Origin: Thermoplasmatota archaeon
GTDB taxonomy: Archaea; Thermoplasmatota; Penumbrarchaeia; Penumbrarchaeales; Penumbrarchaeaceae
Assembly: GCA_029762535.1 (NCBI GenBank)
Contig: JARVGK010000012.1
Span: forward strand, 15,019-79,018
Direction of reading: 5' to 3'
DNA: 64,000 nt
This document shows, one piece after another, positions 42,398 to 53,300 of the stretch; position 1 is the stretch's first letter, and every line of letters starts with the position of its first letter. The position numbers were made by a program, and so were the translations under genes. The notes beneath the pieces were generated by a model, which saw only the letters and a list, made by a program, of their open reading frames with translations, had not been told where the DNA came from and ran no database searches.

Positions 42398-42850
42398 ATG
42401 TCAGAGAATCGGTTCGCGAACGAAGCACAGTTCATTTATTGGAACCTCAGAAGAGGAATGTTGTCGCAATCCGGCATTGCAAGAAAGTTCCATATAACAA
42501 GACAGTCGGTATCCAAATCCGTCAAGATACAGGAAAGGAATGTCGTTATACGATTGCTAGATTGCGCCCAGGTGTCCGGTATTATGCCTACTTATTATGA
42601 TCCGGTACTCGGCATCCTGATCGGCTTGATCCCTCCCCTGGGAAACCTGAGGTGCATCCTTGTGATAGACGACAAGAACGATTCAAGGATATTCTATGAC
42701 CCGGCAGCCAACCCCGACATCGACTCCAGTCTCTCTACACAAAAGGAACTGAACGGCATATTGAACACCGTATGCCTAACGAAGGATTTCGACGGGATGA
42801 ACTTCGAAAAAGCGATAGATCACCTGAAGAAGATTAAGAGAGGTGTTTGA
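42398..42850 (+). CDS. HTH-containing hypothetical protein
   Basis: LSQSGIARKFHITRQSVSKSV helix-turn-helix; TTATAAAT upstream. Confidence 0.7.
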   Translation: MSENRFANEAQFIYWNLRRGMLSQSGIARKFHITRQSVSKSVKIQERNVVIRLLDCAQVSGIMPTYYDPVLGILIGLIPPLGNLRCILVIDDKNDSRIFYDPAANPDIDSSLSTQKELNGILNTVCLTKDFDGMNFEKAIDHLKKIKRGV

Positions 42851-44326
42851 ATGAGCATTGGTCCCGGCTCTCCGAGAAATACATGGAAGCAATATCCAAT
42901 GTTGGTCGTCATTCTTGGATTGTTCTTCATATCAATATATGGTGTAGGTGCATCAGCTCAGGTCGAGCCCCCTCCGATCGAGAGCATTCGAGAACAACTC
43001 CCAACTGCTACACTGCTGAAAAGGGATGTAAAGGTAAAAGGAGAAGTGACCCTCGATCAAAACAATAGTGTTTTCGACCTCTATAAAACATCGATAACGC
43101 CAAGTATGTCATTTCCACCGCGCAATGATTACATCTATCTTAACATAGAGGGGAACGATCCGGCAAACGGCAGGATCAATGTAATATATTTGTATGATGA
43201 CCTAACCCCAGGTTCCGACAGCTATGATCTATGGATAGAATCTGATTCGACATTGAATGTTGCTATCTCAACTAAGGAGCCATTCGAGAACTGTACAATC
43301 TATTTCATCATTTACGGCGATGGAGAATATACCATCGAGATATGGGGCCCTCCCTATTCGAGCTTCTTTTGCTTTCTGGTCCCGTTATTCTGCTGCTTTA
43401 TTCCTTTCATGTTGCTCATTCTCGCGATCATTGGACTGGTGATTTTTTTACCATTCTGGTCAGTGAAAAAGAAAACGGAACAGAGAAGGGAAATGATAAG
43501 AAGAAAGGAAAAGATAGTGATACCTCAAGAGTTGAGTGACCCAATGGGGTATTTCAGGTCCAGCAGGAACATGATGAGATACAGAAGCTTCCTGAACATT
43601 GTGATGATCGTATTGGGATTGATTGGGGGGTTGATTATGTTCATCGGCTTCACAATTTCAATAACCCAACCCGAATCTCTAGTTTACTTACCATTGATAG
43701 GTATAGGTTACCTCATGATCATCGGTTCAACTGTCTTGATGTTGCTCCTTTTGATAGAATCGATATCCCAGAGGACTCAAGTCCCTCCATATGAAAGATC
43801 GATCGGGGTGAACAATGCATGGATGAAACCGTTCAAGGAGATCCTTCCAAATCGTATGGTGGTAATACCCCCCATCTTTTTGTTGTTCCTTTTCTTATTC
43901 ATACAGATAATTTTCTATCTATCGGAGGTTTCTATACCCTCTCTCATTATCATTGAATTCCTGGTGATAGGTCTCTTGTCGGCTTTCATCATTCCTGTTT
44001 TTTCATTTTTCAATGTTCGGGCAATGGATGACAGGATCGAATTCCATTTCGGTCCGAGGAGTTTGTGGAATAACATGAGATTTCTGGGTAAGACCTTAAT
44101 GATAGACGGTATCTATTCGATAACCCCTGTATCCGTTAATCGATTAAGGGATTATCACATAGGAACCTGGTGGGTTGTGATCGGTGGAAGAGGAGAGTAT
44201 GGATACCTGACGAGCGACCGGACCGGGGTTAGCATCATCACCAAGGATGGCAAGGAGTACGTGATCTCAACGAGAGACCCCATGAGGCTGGTCAAGTTCG
44301 TCCAGGAACGACAGAGCGATAATTGA
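42851..44326 (+). CDS. Membrane protein with an extracellular N-terminal domain, several TMs and a PH-like C-terminal domain
   Basis: Signal/TM, soluble domain, Cys-rich TM (FFCFLVPLFCC), further TMs, GVSIITKDGKEYVISTRDP; GAGGTG RBS. Confidence 0.7.
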   Translation: MSIGPGSPRNTWKQYPMLVVILGLFFISIYGVGASAQVEPPPIESIREQLPTATLLKRDVKVKGEVTLDQNNSVFDLYKTSITPSMSFPPRNDYIYLNIEGNDPANGRINVIYLYDDLTPGSDSYDLWIESDSTLNVAISTKEPFENCTIYFIIYGDGEYTIEIWGPPYSSFFCFLVPLFCCFIPFMLLILAIIGLVIFLPFWSVKKKTEQRREMIRRKEKIVIPQELSDPMGYFRSSRNMMRYRSFLNIVMIVLGLIGGLIMFIGFTISITQPESLVYLPLIGIGYLMIIGSTVLMLLLLIESISQRTQVPPYERSIGVNNAWMKPFKEILPNRMVVIPPIFLLFLFLFIQIIFYLSEVSIPSLIIIEFLVIGLLSAFIIPVFSFFNVRAMDDRIEFHFGPRSLWNNMRFLGKTLMIDGIYSITPVSVNRLRDYHIGTWWVVIGGRGEYGYLTSDRTGVSIITKDGKEYVISTRDPMRLVKFVQERQSDN

Positions 44327-44651
44327 TGATATGATCGATGGTATGCATTCTTAATAATGATCATCTTGGTTCTTTTGATCGTTCGTGATGTGGGTTTGAG
44401 CGATGTTCCATCTCGTTCCCGGAACGGGAGGATGTACCTCGGATCAAGACATCGAATTTATTATCTGCCCTCCTCTTCATTGTATTGTTCTTTATCCAAT
44501 ATAGGTGGGGACCCCCCCCGCAGGAGACCTCCCCGACGGGAGATCTCTGTGGAAGATGGCTTCTTTTATCCGATCCTGTTATCGGTTGTCGTATCGGCAA
44601 ATGTAATTTTATACCGACACCGGTATAAGCTATAAAATATATCGGGACTAC

Positions 44652-45581
44652 ATGAATAAAGCCGATACCGATACGATGTTAAGATCGATACATCGGGCGG
44701 ATGCGCTCAGGAAACAACTGGACGATCACAGGCCTCTTCCTCTGGATGCGGTTCGAAGGCTTCAGAAGGAGATCAGGCTCAGGCATACCTATCATACCGA
44801 TGCCATAGAGGGTAACACTCTGACCCTGAACGAGACCAGACTGGTGGTCGAGGAAGGGATCACGATAAGCGGGAAACCTCTGAAAGACCATATAGAGGCC
44901 AGGAACGGCCACGAGGCCTTCGGCACGATGATGGACATGGCCACGAAAAAGGAGAGGATAGGCCATGTTCCGGTCCAGAAGTTACACGAGGCCGTGACGA
45001 GGGGGGTCCTCCACGATCCAGGCAGGTACAGGACCACCAACGTGAGGATAACCGGATCCACGATCACTCCTCCTCCATTTATTAAAGTGGTAAAGGAGAT
45101 GGATCGCTATTTCGAGATCGTGAACTCGTCACAAGGCCATCCTGTGGAGGTATCCGCCCTCATACACCACGGTCTTGTAAGGATACATCCCTTCACGGAT
45201 GGGAACGGAAGGGTAGCAAGATTGTTGATGAACCTCCATCTGATGAGCGAGGGTTATCCTCCGATCGTTCTGAGAAAGGAGGATAGAAAAAGATATTATC
45301 TCTCTCTCAGAAGAGCCGATGGAGGGGATCTGTCCTATCTGACGGATATGATAGCCAAGGCGCTTCAGGGATCGCTCCTTCTCTATCTTTCGGCGCTATC
45401 GGACGATCATCATCTGAAACCCCTGAATGAACTGTCGAAAGGTACGAAATATTCTCAGGAATACCTCAGCCTCCGAGCGAGGCAGGGAAGATTGGATGCG
45501 GTCAAGATCGATGGGACCTGGTACTCTTCAAATGAGGCTTTGAAGAGTTATCTGCTTGGGATCGGTCAATATTCCTCCTAG
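44652..45581 (+). CDS. Fic family protein with a C-terminal DNA-binding-like domain
   Basis: HPFTDGNGRVAR Fic motif; TDAIEGN inhibitory-type motif; C-terminal SQEYLSLRARQGRLDAVKIDGTW. Confidence 0.93.
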   Translation: MNKADTDTMLRSIHRADALRKQLDDHRPLPLDAVRRLQKEIRLRHTYHTDAIEGNTLTLNETRLVVEEGITISGKPLKDHIEARNGHEAFGTMMDMATKKERIGHVPVQKLHEAVTRGVLHDPGRYRTTNVRITGSTITPPPFIKVVKEMDRYFEIVNSSQGHPVEVSALIHHGLVRIHPFTDGNGRVARLLMNLHLMSEGYPPIVLRKEDRKRYYLSLRRADGGDLSYLTDMIAKALQGSLLLYLSALSDDHHLKPLNELSKGTKYSQEYLSLRARQGRLDAVKIDGTWYSSNEALKSYLLGIGQYSS

Positions 45582-45632
45582 TGGGGGATTTCAAGGCTGT
45601 TTTTCTGGTATGCTAGCAGGGGATCCCTCCCA

Positions 45633-48600
45633 TCACTCTTCGTGACGTAACATTATTGAGGTCTCATGGGCCTTCTTATTCCTCTGGTAAAGGAATCCCA
45701 TGATGGCGAGGCCGGATACAAGTATCATGATCACCACTAATGCGACTATCGCCTCGGTCAGGGTCTCCTTCTCATTTCCGGATCCCCCTGGCGGGTCCTC
45801 TTCGTCTATGGGGTCGGATATCGTGATCTCTATCCAGGCGCTCACGTTGTGGGACCCATCGTCCGCGAACAGGGAGATCCTATGCACTCCTTTGGGAAGC
45901 GTGACCTCGACCATAAAGCCGGATCCCAGGTATCCCGATCGGTTCGATGTCCATGTGAGCAGAACGGGATCGTGTGCCCCTATACCATCGTCCCTGGTGC
46001 CCGCGGCGGAGAGGACTATAGGGGTTCCGGTGTTGAACCTTGAACCATTGGCGGGAATTGATATGATCGGCGTCGGAGGCAGGTTCTCCGGCGGGACTGT
46101 CACCGACAGTTCGAACGATGCGGTCCCGATGTTGCCTGCCAGGTCACGGACGCGGTACCGGATCTTCACCTCACCCTCGGGTAGTGTCAGGTCCTGGGTC
46201 ACTATCCAGGGATCGCCAGTGTATTCGTATGGCAATGGGGTCCATATATCGTCGTTGCCGAGACCGAACTCGAGCGAGTCCGGATCCGGCCCGGAATCCA
46301 TGTCCCGCACTCGGATGGATACTCGATAGGGAGGTGAACTTTCGAACCTGCCATCACCCGGGGACATGAGCAGGATCTCGGGAGATGCCGTATCGACCCC
46401 TATCGAGATAGGTCCCGAAGCCCCCTTGTTCCCGGCCAGGTCCAACACCTCCATATCGATCCTTCCTCTGAACCTGGGACCAAGTTCTGGCGAGATCAGC
46501 GCGGTGAAGGAGACCATCCTGTCCTCCATCATGACGGCATCGTCGATCCTCACATCGGAGTCGATCCAGGTGCCGAAGGCCTCACCTTCATCGAGTACCC
46601 TGTATCTGAACGAGAACTGGTCCAGGCCGATGTCATCCGATACAGGTATCCTGAAAAGAGGTGATGTCTCGTTGGTCCAGGAGGGGATCCCGGTCGCATC
46701 GATCATCGGCGGGGAGAGGTCCAGTTCCGCGGTGGCGGATCCCCGATCCGAGGAGATCCCGACCCAGTCGATCGCTTCCACGGCCCAGGTGGTGTCGGAA
46801 GGTCCATCTATCTCGATCATGGTACTGTTCGTCGGGCCGTACAGCACATGGGAAGGGACCACCTCGACGGTCCCGTTGTCATCCTTCCACCATAGATGTA
46901 TGGAGGGGGACTGATCCTGGTCCCTGTGAAAGTAGTATATCACGACCTCATGCAGATCCTCTGAGGACAGGTAAAGGTCCGTGGTCCCCGGTCCCAGCGT
47001 GAGATCGTCCATCGGGATCGCCACATCACCGTCCAGTAGCATCATCCCCTCGCCCCTGCCCCTGAGCTCCAATTTATACATTCCTGTGTTATCGACCCTG
47101 ATGTAGCCGTGCCATCTTGCGGAGAAACCCTTCGGCGGCAATATCTGCAGTTCGGGATAAGGCCCCCACAGGCCCCAGTCTTTGTCCAATCCATCCTCAT
47201 CGATGGAAAGGCCATGTTCCCTCATATCCATGTCCATGTAATATGTGGCATGGAGCCGCCCGCTCTCGAGCATCGGTGTTGAGCCGCCACTGTCGATCAT
47301 CCTGTATTCCTTCACCCCGGATCCATCGGAATCGTACTCCGGACCCAGCCCCCCTTCGCACTCGAGCTTCCAAGCCCCTATTTTACCCAGGTCCGCTCTC
47401 TGCGTGAGCGTTACCGATGGCTGATCGGGTTTGGTCCCGTCCACGGGGAACCTCATGGCATGCCCTTTCTCAAGCATGGGTGAATTGATAGGTGTTTCTC
47501 TCAGTTCTATATCGAGTGAATAGACCTGCTCAGGCTGGGTCACAAGGACATCCTCGAACTCCCACGATGGATGGTAAAGGATGGAGTCATCCCCTATCCT
47601 GATCGATGCCTCCCCTGCCGGGACCATCCTGTCGTAACCCGTGTACACTATGGGGATCCCGGAGATCCGGACCTCATCCCCCAAACCTGCCCAGATACCC
47701 CTCGCGGGGATGTCGATCCCATTTATGGTGATCGATCCCCCTTCACCGAAGGAAAGGTCCCTGGCCACCATGAAAGCGTTCCTGTACGTCCGGGTCACAT
47801 GGCATCCTTCGGCATCGGTTACCGTGAATGCTATATCGGTCAGGTCCTGGGGGAAATCCCACGTGAACTCACATTCGAACCAGGCCGTTGTGCCCCCGAT
47901 CCCTCCTGAGGGATCATTGAAGAAATGATAAGAAACGATATCCTGCACGTCGATCATCATACCTCCGATCTCCACTTTGAGGCCTGTCAAGGGGATCGAT
48001 GGACGGTCGTTCTTGATCGGTATCTCGAACCGGACCCTGCCCCCGGATGCGAATATCGTCCCATCCTCGTGTCCATCCCCCGTGATCGATAGTCCTTGAA
48101 GCCTGATGTGCGAGGAGTAGATGACGAACATCTCCCCGCACTTGCCTCTGTCGTTCCCGATACCGTCGGCGCTCGGGGCGCCTATAAAGATATCGTCCAG
48201 GCCGTCACCGTTGAGGTCACCCGTTCCCAGATGGAAACCCAGGCCGTCCTCGAGGTCCATGCCCTCGATGGTGAAAAGACCCGAGGGGTTCCCGAGACGG
48301 ACCACGCGTGACCCGAACGCTGTGGAATGGTCGTAGAAGAGGACGACCCCGGCCATATATCTCGGATCGGTCCCGATGGAGGGCAGGTCCTGTCCGTGAA
48401 CGGTGGTGATCAGGTCCAGTTCACCATCGCCCGTGAGGTCCGTGATCGAGAACTGCCTGCCAAGCTGGAATCCAGATCCCTGCCTGTTGACGGGATCCTC
48501 GGCTCCCAGGACCAGCAAGTCGAAGCTGTTCTCGTCATACATTTCGGACGGGAACCCAATCTTCGGTCTGCCGTTGAATATGAATATGGCCCCGCAGTCA

Positions 48601-49823
48601 CGGGTGTCGTCTCCCGGGCCGTCGTTGTTTGGTGATGACGCTATCACATCGTCCTTACCGTCGCCGTTCAGGTCCCTGAGCATGACGGAGTATCCCAGCT
48701 GGTCGTTGTCGCCGGAACCGTGGATCACCGTCTTGCGGGAGGTATCGTATCGCTCGAGCCTCACATCCCTCAGTCCGGTGATGTTGAAGTATATGCTCAC
48801 GTTACCGCACTGTTTCAGCATTTCCGTGCTTCCGAGCGGGGTCCCAACTGCCATATCCAGGTATCCGTCCCCGTCGATGTCGCCGATGTCCATGGAAAAA
48901 CCGAAACGATCGTAGTTCTCCTTGTAGATGACAGTCAGCTCCATCTCATCGTGTGGCCCTCCCCAGATGATCCTAACGTTGCCGTAGTAGTGATAGTATA
49001 TGATCCCGTTCTTTGTGTAGGTGGGCGTATAGCAACCGCTGCCGATGATATCCAGGTATCCGTCGCCGTCTATGTCCTCAGCCTGCAGGAACGGTGTGTA
49101 CTGGGAATCCATCGCCTTCTGGAAACCTCCCACGCATTTGGAGATGGTCGAGAACAAGGGGCCGTCCGAGGAGTCTACATATGCATCGGTATGTAGGAGT
49201 TCGTTCAAGGGTATGTATTTAAGATAGATATCGTCATCGAGAGTGATCGACATCCATTCCGGCCATCCGGACTCCGGGCAGTATATGATAACCAGGACCG
49301 GGTTCCTCTCATCGGAGGGACAGACGATGACGAGATCGTTGATACCGTCGCCGTCGATGTCCTCGGCAAGCATGCCCGTTGCCATCGCCAGGCCGAGCTT
49401 GTTCCCTGAAGGATCGCTCGAGGACGGGCAGTTCCCCCGTATGACCAGGTCCGGGTCCGCTTCATGGAGGTCGATCAGGTCCGGGAATCCGTCGCCGTCG
49501 CCGTAGAATACGTATATCTTTCCATCCTCGTCCTTTCCCGAGAGCCCGGTCATGCCAGGGGCGGCGATTGCCAGGTCGGGGATCCCGTCGGAGTTGATGT
49601 CTCCCACGAAAGAGAACGTGCCGACACCGCTGGAATACCGCTCGCCCAGGATCCTGATATTGGCCGCGTCCTCGATGAGCTCTGTCCCTCCAAGTGAGAT
49701 ATAGGTCCGGTTCGTTCCGGAACGGAGGGGTTCGATCCCTCCTGCAGGTATGACCCCATCGTTCTCGATGGGGAAAGTGATGAACAGTAGCAAGAATAAA
49801 TTGAGGGCTACCAATTTCCTCAT
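45633..49823 (-). CDS. Surface protein with FG-GAP (integrin-alpha-like) repeats, a PA14 domain and a C-terminal TM anchor
   Basis: Repeated GDxNxDGxxDxxxxAP units; PA14 GFSARWHGYI; TM followed by NKK...RHEE. Confidence 0.85.
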   Translation of the reverse strand: MRKLVALNLFLLLFITFPIENDGVIPAGGIEPLRSGTNRTYISLGGTELIEDAANIRILGERYSSGVGTFSFVGDINSDGIPDLAIAAPGMTGLSGKDEDGKIYVFYGDGDGFPDLIDLHEADPDLVIRGNCPSSSDPSGNKLGLAMATGMLAEDIDGDGINDLVIVCPSDERNPVLVIIYCPESGWPEWMSITLDDDIYLKYIPLNELLHTDAYVDSSDGPLFSTISKCVGGFQKAMDSQYTPFLQAEDIDGDGYLDIIGSGCYTPTYTKNGIIYYHYYGNVRIIWGGPHDEMELTVIYKENYDRFGFSMDIGDIDGDGYLDMAVGTPLGSTEMLKQCGNVSIYFNITGLRDVRLERYDTSRKTVIHGSGDNDQLGYSVMLRDLNGDGKDDVIASSPNNDGPGDDTRDCGAIFIFNGRPKIGFPSEMYDENSFDLLVLGAEDPVNRQGSGFQLGRQFSITDLTGDGELDLITTVHGQDLPSIGTDPRYMAGVVLFYDHSTAFGSRVVRLGNPSGLFTIEGMDLEDGLGFHLGTGDLNGDGLDDIFIGAPSADGIGNDRGKCGEMFVIYSSHIRLQGLSITGDGHEDGTIFASGGRVRFEIPIKNDRPSIPLTGLKVEIGGMMIDVQDIVSYHFFNDPSGGIGGTTAWFECEFTWDFPQDLTDIAFTVTDAEGCHVTRTYRNAFMVARDLSFGEGGSITINGIDIPARGIWAGLGDEVRISGIPIVYTGYDRMVPAGEASIRIGDDSILYHPSWEFEDVLVTQPEQVYSLDIELRETPINSPMLEKGHAMRFPVDGTKPDQPSVTLTQRADLGKIGAWKLECEGGLGPEYDSDGSGVKEYRMIDSGGSTPMLESGRLHATYYMDMDMREHGLSIDEDGLDKDWGLWGPYPELQILPPKGFSARWHGYIRVDNTGMYKLELRGRGEGMMLLDGDVAIPMDDLTLGPGTTDLYLSSEDLHEVVIYYFHRDQDQSPSIHLWWKDDNGTVEVVPSHVLYGPTNSTMIEIDGPSDTTWAVEAIDWVGISSDRGSATAELDLSPPMIDATGIPSWTNETSPLFRIPVSDDIGLDQFSFRYRVLDEGEAFGTWIDSDVRIDDAVMMEDRMVSFTALISPELGPRFRGRIDMEVLDLAGNKGASGPISIGVDTASPEILLMSPGDGRFESSPPYRVSIRVRDMDSGPDPDSLEFGLGNDDIWTPLPYEYTGDPWIVTQDLTLPEGEVKIRYRVRDLAGNIGTASFELSVTVPPENLPPTPIISIPANGSRFNTGTPIVLSAAGTRDDGIGAHDPVLLTWTSNRSGYLGSGFMVEVTLPKGVHRISLFADDGSHNVSAWIEITISDPIDEEDPPGGSGNEKETLTEAIVALVVIMILVSGLAIMGFLYQRNKKAHETSIMLRHEE

Positions 49824-50323
49824 GCACTCATTATCAGGTATTCATGATAAAACCATTTTGGTTTATAGATAGGATTGAACGATGAGTGTTTTTGAACATT
49901 CGGATCAACTTAAAATGGGTGATCCTTAAACGGGTCCTAGGTTGGATCCTCCCGTTTGACCTCGATCGCCTTTTTGGATCCTCGGAGAGGATACGTTGCT
50001 CGATAATACTTCAGGCTGGAGGTGAGGCGGAGGAATATGGTTCTGTCCTGTCCTTTCGTAGGAGAGGGGTCCATATAAATCATCGTCACTGGAACGAAGG
50101 ACAATGCTATCCTGGGATCGCTCGTGGAGAAGGGAAACATCCTTCAGCATCTTCCAGTAAATCGGCAGGATAGACCTTATCGAAAAGGCCACGAGGGTGA
50201 ATAGGGATCGGATCCTCTCCTTATATCCTCGGGAGATGGAGCGGCGAATGAAATTTTATTTCGATTCGAGTCTGTGGGAAACCGATACATACCTATCGGC
50301 AAGATAGACATAGTATCGGGTTT

Positions 50324-53300
50324 TCATTCCTCGATATCCATCCTTCTACGTCTGAAAATAAGGAAAATAATGAACAGGGCCAGCAATAAGATTATGGAAA
50401 TGATCGATATCAGGAACAGAAGCGACCTTTCCTTTTGCTTCTCCGTCGATACTTTTTTGATCATGGGCGGAGGGCCCTCGCTCAATATCCCCTCATCGGT
50501 TATGCTGGTGTTGTATTCCAGGGTATGGTATCCTTCTTTCACGATTCTTATCCTAACGGAGTGTCCAAGCGCGTCAGAAGATATCAGGAATCCGCTGAGT
50601 CCATTTCGGTCCGTGATGTTCATCAATTCCAGACTTTGCAGGAAAAGGGTTATGTTGGCCCCTTCGATGGGGTCGTTGTCGGTATCGACGACCGGCCCTA
50701 CCTCCAAGACGAAGGTCTCGTGTTCGTTCCGGGTACCGACGATGGCGAAGGTAGATAGATGGGCCCCCGTCATCCAGAGGTAACCGGCATATTCATTGCC
50801 GAACATCGCAACATCCGCAGTGTTCACCCCTGTCCCGGTGATCCCGTCCATTCCCGATACGTTCGACCAGTTCCCGTCCGAATGGAAAAGCAGATGAAGA
50901 CTCGCCTCATCAAGGTCCCTTACTCCGTCGATCATGCCGTCGCCGTCCAGATCGAGGTCCGAATTGGAGTAGTATATTCTCATCTCGACCGAGACGATGG
51001 ATCTCAAGGGGTTCCCATCCGGGTCGGAGATGTTAACGGTAACATATTTGCCCATGGACGAGGTATCCATCTGCAGACCGTTGCCGAAGGATGGAGGGGC
51101 GATCGGGGAAGTGTCGTCGGAGATAGATATCCCCGCTTTGAATGCTGTAATCTCGGAGAGGCTTAACTTGAGCGTGGTATCCGTCTCTCTAATGGTCTCG
51201 CAGTTCTCCATGTAAATGAAATCCACCGGGCTCAGGACATCATAGACGACGTGACCTTCCTCGACCATCAGCCTGAGGCCTCTCAAGATACCTAGCACCC
51301 TGTTGTGGTCGAAGGGATATGTATGGGACAGAAGGACCACTGTCTGGTCATTGTTCCAGACCCCGTATCGCACGAGGCAACGAGCCTCGTTCGTCCTTTC
51401 CATCTTCCACAGGTGATCCCCACAATCGATCAGGAGGTCCCGGACCAACTTGCCTGATGTGCCATCTTCAGAGGTCGGTCTGCCTATTATCACCACATAA
51501 TCGCTATCCGCATGATCTCGTATCAACGAATCCGGGGTGGTCTCGATGACGCCGACGATCTTCGAAAGATCTGATATGAAGTTCGCTCCCTCTACCGTGC
51601 CATCCGATACGACGACAACATCCACACCAAGCTCGACCGTGAAATCCAAGTCATACAGATCCGGTATCCCGTCACCGTCCGTATCAGTGGACCTGGGGTT
51701 ATATCCTATCTCCAGCTCATATCGGTCATCTAACCCATCCCCATCCGTATCGTTGTTCGTCGGATCCAGGAATATCCCGATTTCGAAACCGTCATTCAGA
51801 CCGTCACCATCGGAGTCACCGTTTGTTGGCGATGTCCCGAAAAGGCGCTCATATCCATCATCTATGCCATCCCGGTCCATGTCACTTCCGTTCGGATCGC
51901 AGCCGTGGGCCAGTTCGTCACCGTCAAGCATGAAATCCCCATCGCCGTCAGGGGAGACCGCTGACCATCCCAGGTCCCATTCTTCCTTATCGCTCAGACC
52001 GTCGTCATCGGTGTCGATATCGTTGGGATCGGACCCCTGCAGGTATTCATCGCGGTCCGATAGACCGTCCCCGTCCGTATCATGAAGCAAAGGATCGCTC
52101 CCGAAAATGATCTCCGCTCCGTCGCTTAAGCCGTCGCCGTCGGTGTCCCAGCATGTGATGTTCGTACCCATCATGATCTCTATTTGATCGGGTAGTCCGT
52201 CGCGGTCGCTGTCAACGGATGTAGGATCGGACCCGAACAGATATTCTGACAGGTCGTCCAGGCCGTCCATATCGGTATCTATCATCATGATGCTCGAGTG
52301 AACATGGATCGTGAAGGTGTCGAATTGGGTGTTCAGAGTGATGTTCCATCCCACCTCTTCTATGATATCTATAAGGCCTTCACCGTCCGTGTCGATGAAC
52401 GTCTTGTTCTTCTCGACCTCATGGAGGGTAACGTTCTCCCAGAACTTCATTATCCTGCCCTTGTAGGTCGCGGTCTCGTTCAGGCCCGCAACATATACAT
52501 GCCCGTCATGACCTGGACATAAGGAGGTTTCCATCAGATCCGTGTTCCACTCTACCACGACCCTTCTGTAACGGTCGTACTTCTGGATGAGATCGTAACC
52601 GTTGTCATGTCCGCAAACGTATATGCTGTCATCATCATCGATCCTGATATCCCTCACCAACCCGAACTGGCTGACATCCCAGACATACGATAGATCGAGA
52701 TGCTTGTTAAAGACGAGGATCCTGTCTGTTGTCGGATCGGTGATGTAAAGCTTCCCCTTGCTGTCGATGTCCAATTCGCCGTTCCAGTAAAATGAAGGGA
52801 AAGATCTGATACCGCCAGGGAAGTTCTCGCTGCCTGTCGGGAAGGAGTTTTCATGGGCCACCGTTCCGTTGGGATGGAATTTTACGAGATAGACGCCACT
52901 CAGATCGAATGTGCTCAAGGTATAGACGCATCCCTCGTCATCGACGGCGAGTCCCTTGATCTCCGTTGCATCCCTTACTGGATATGTCGAATTGAACGTA
53001 CCGTTGGCGTTCAGGACCAGGACGCCTGGATTCATCATGGAATCCACGGAAGCGTAGATGCGGCCGTCAGGGCCACCTCTCACATCGTTGAACTTTTCAT
53101 ATTCGGATGAGAGGGATGGATCGGTATAATTCCAGATCGTCTCTCCCTCGGAGCCGATCCTGCAAATCGTGTCATCATCCTTACCGATAAGGACCAGGCT
53201 CCCATCATCGAGGACCGATACGCTTTTTGCGGTCAAAAGATCCAATCCATCGTCATCACCGAACGTATCCACATATTCTATCTCTGTGGTGGTGTAATCG

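Noticed and set aside
42340-44350. Further attC cassettes around other AT-rich genes (also AbiE 57170-58860)
   Set aside because: No RYYYAAC...GTTRRRY hairpin was found flanking them.
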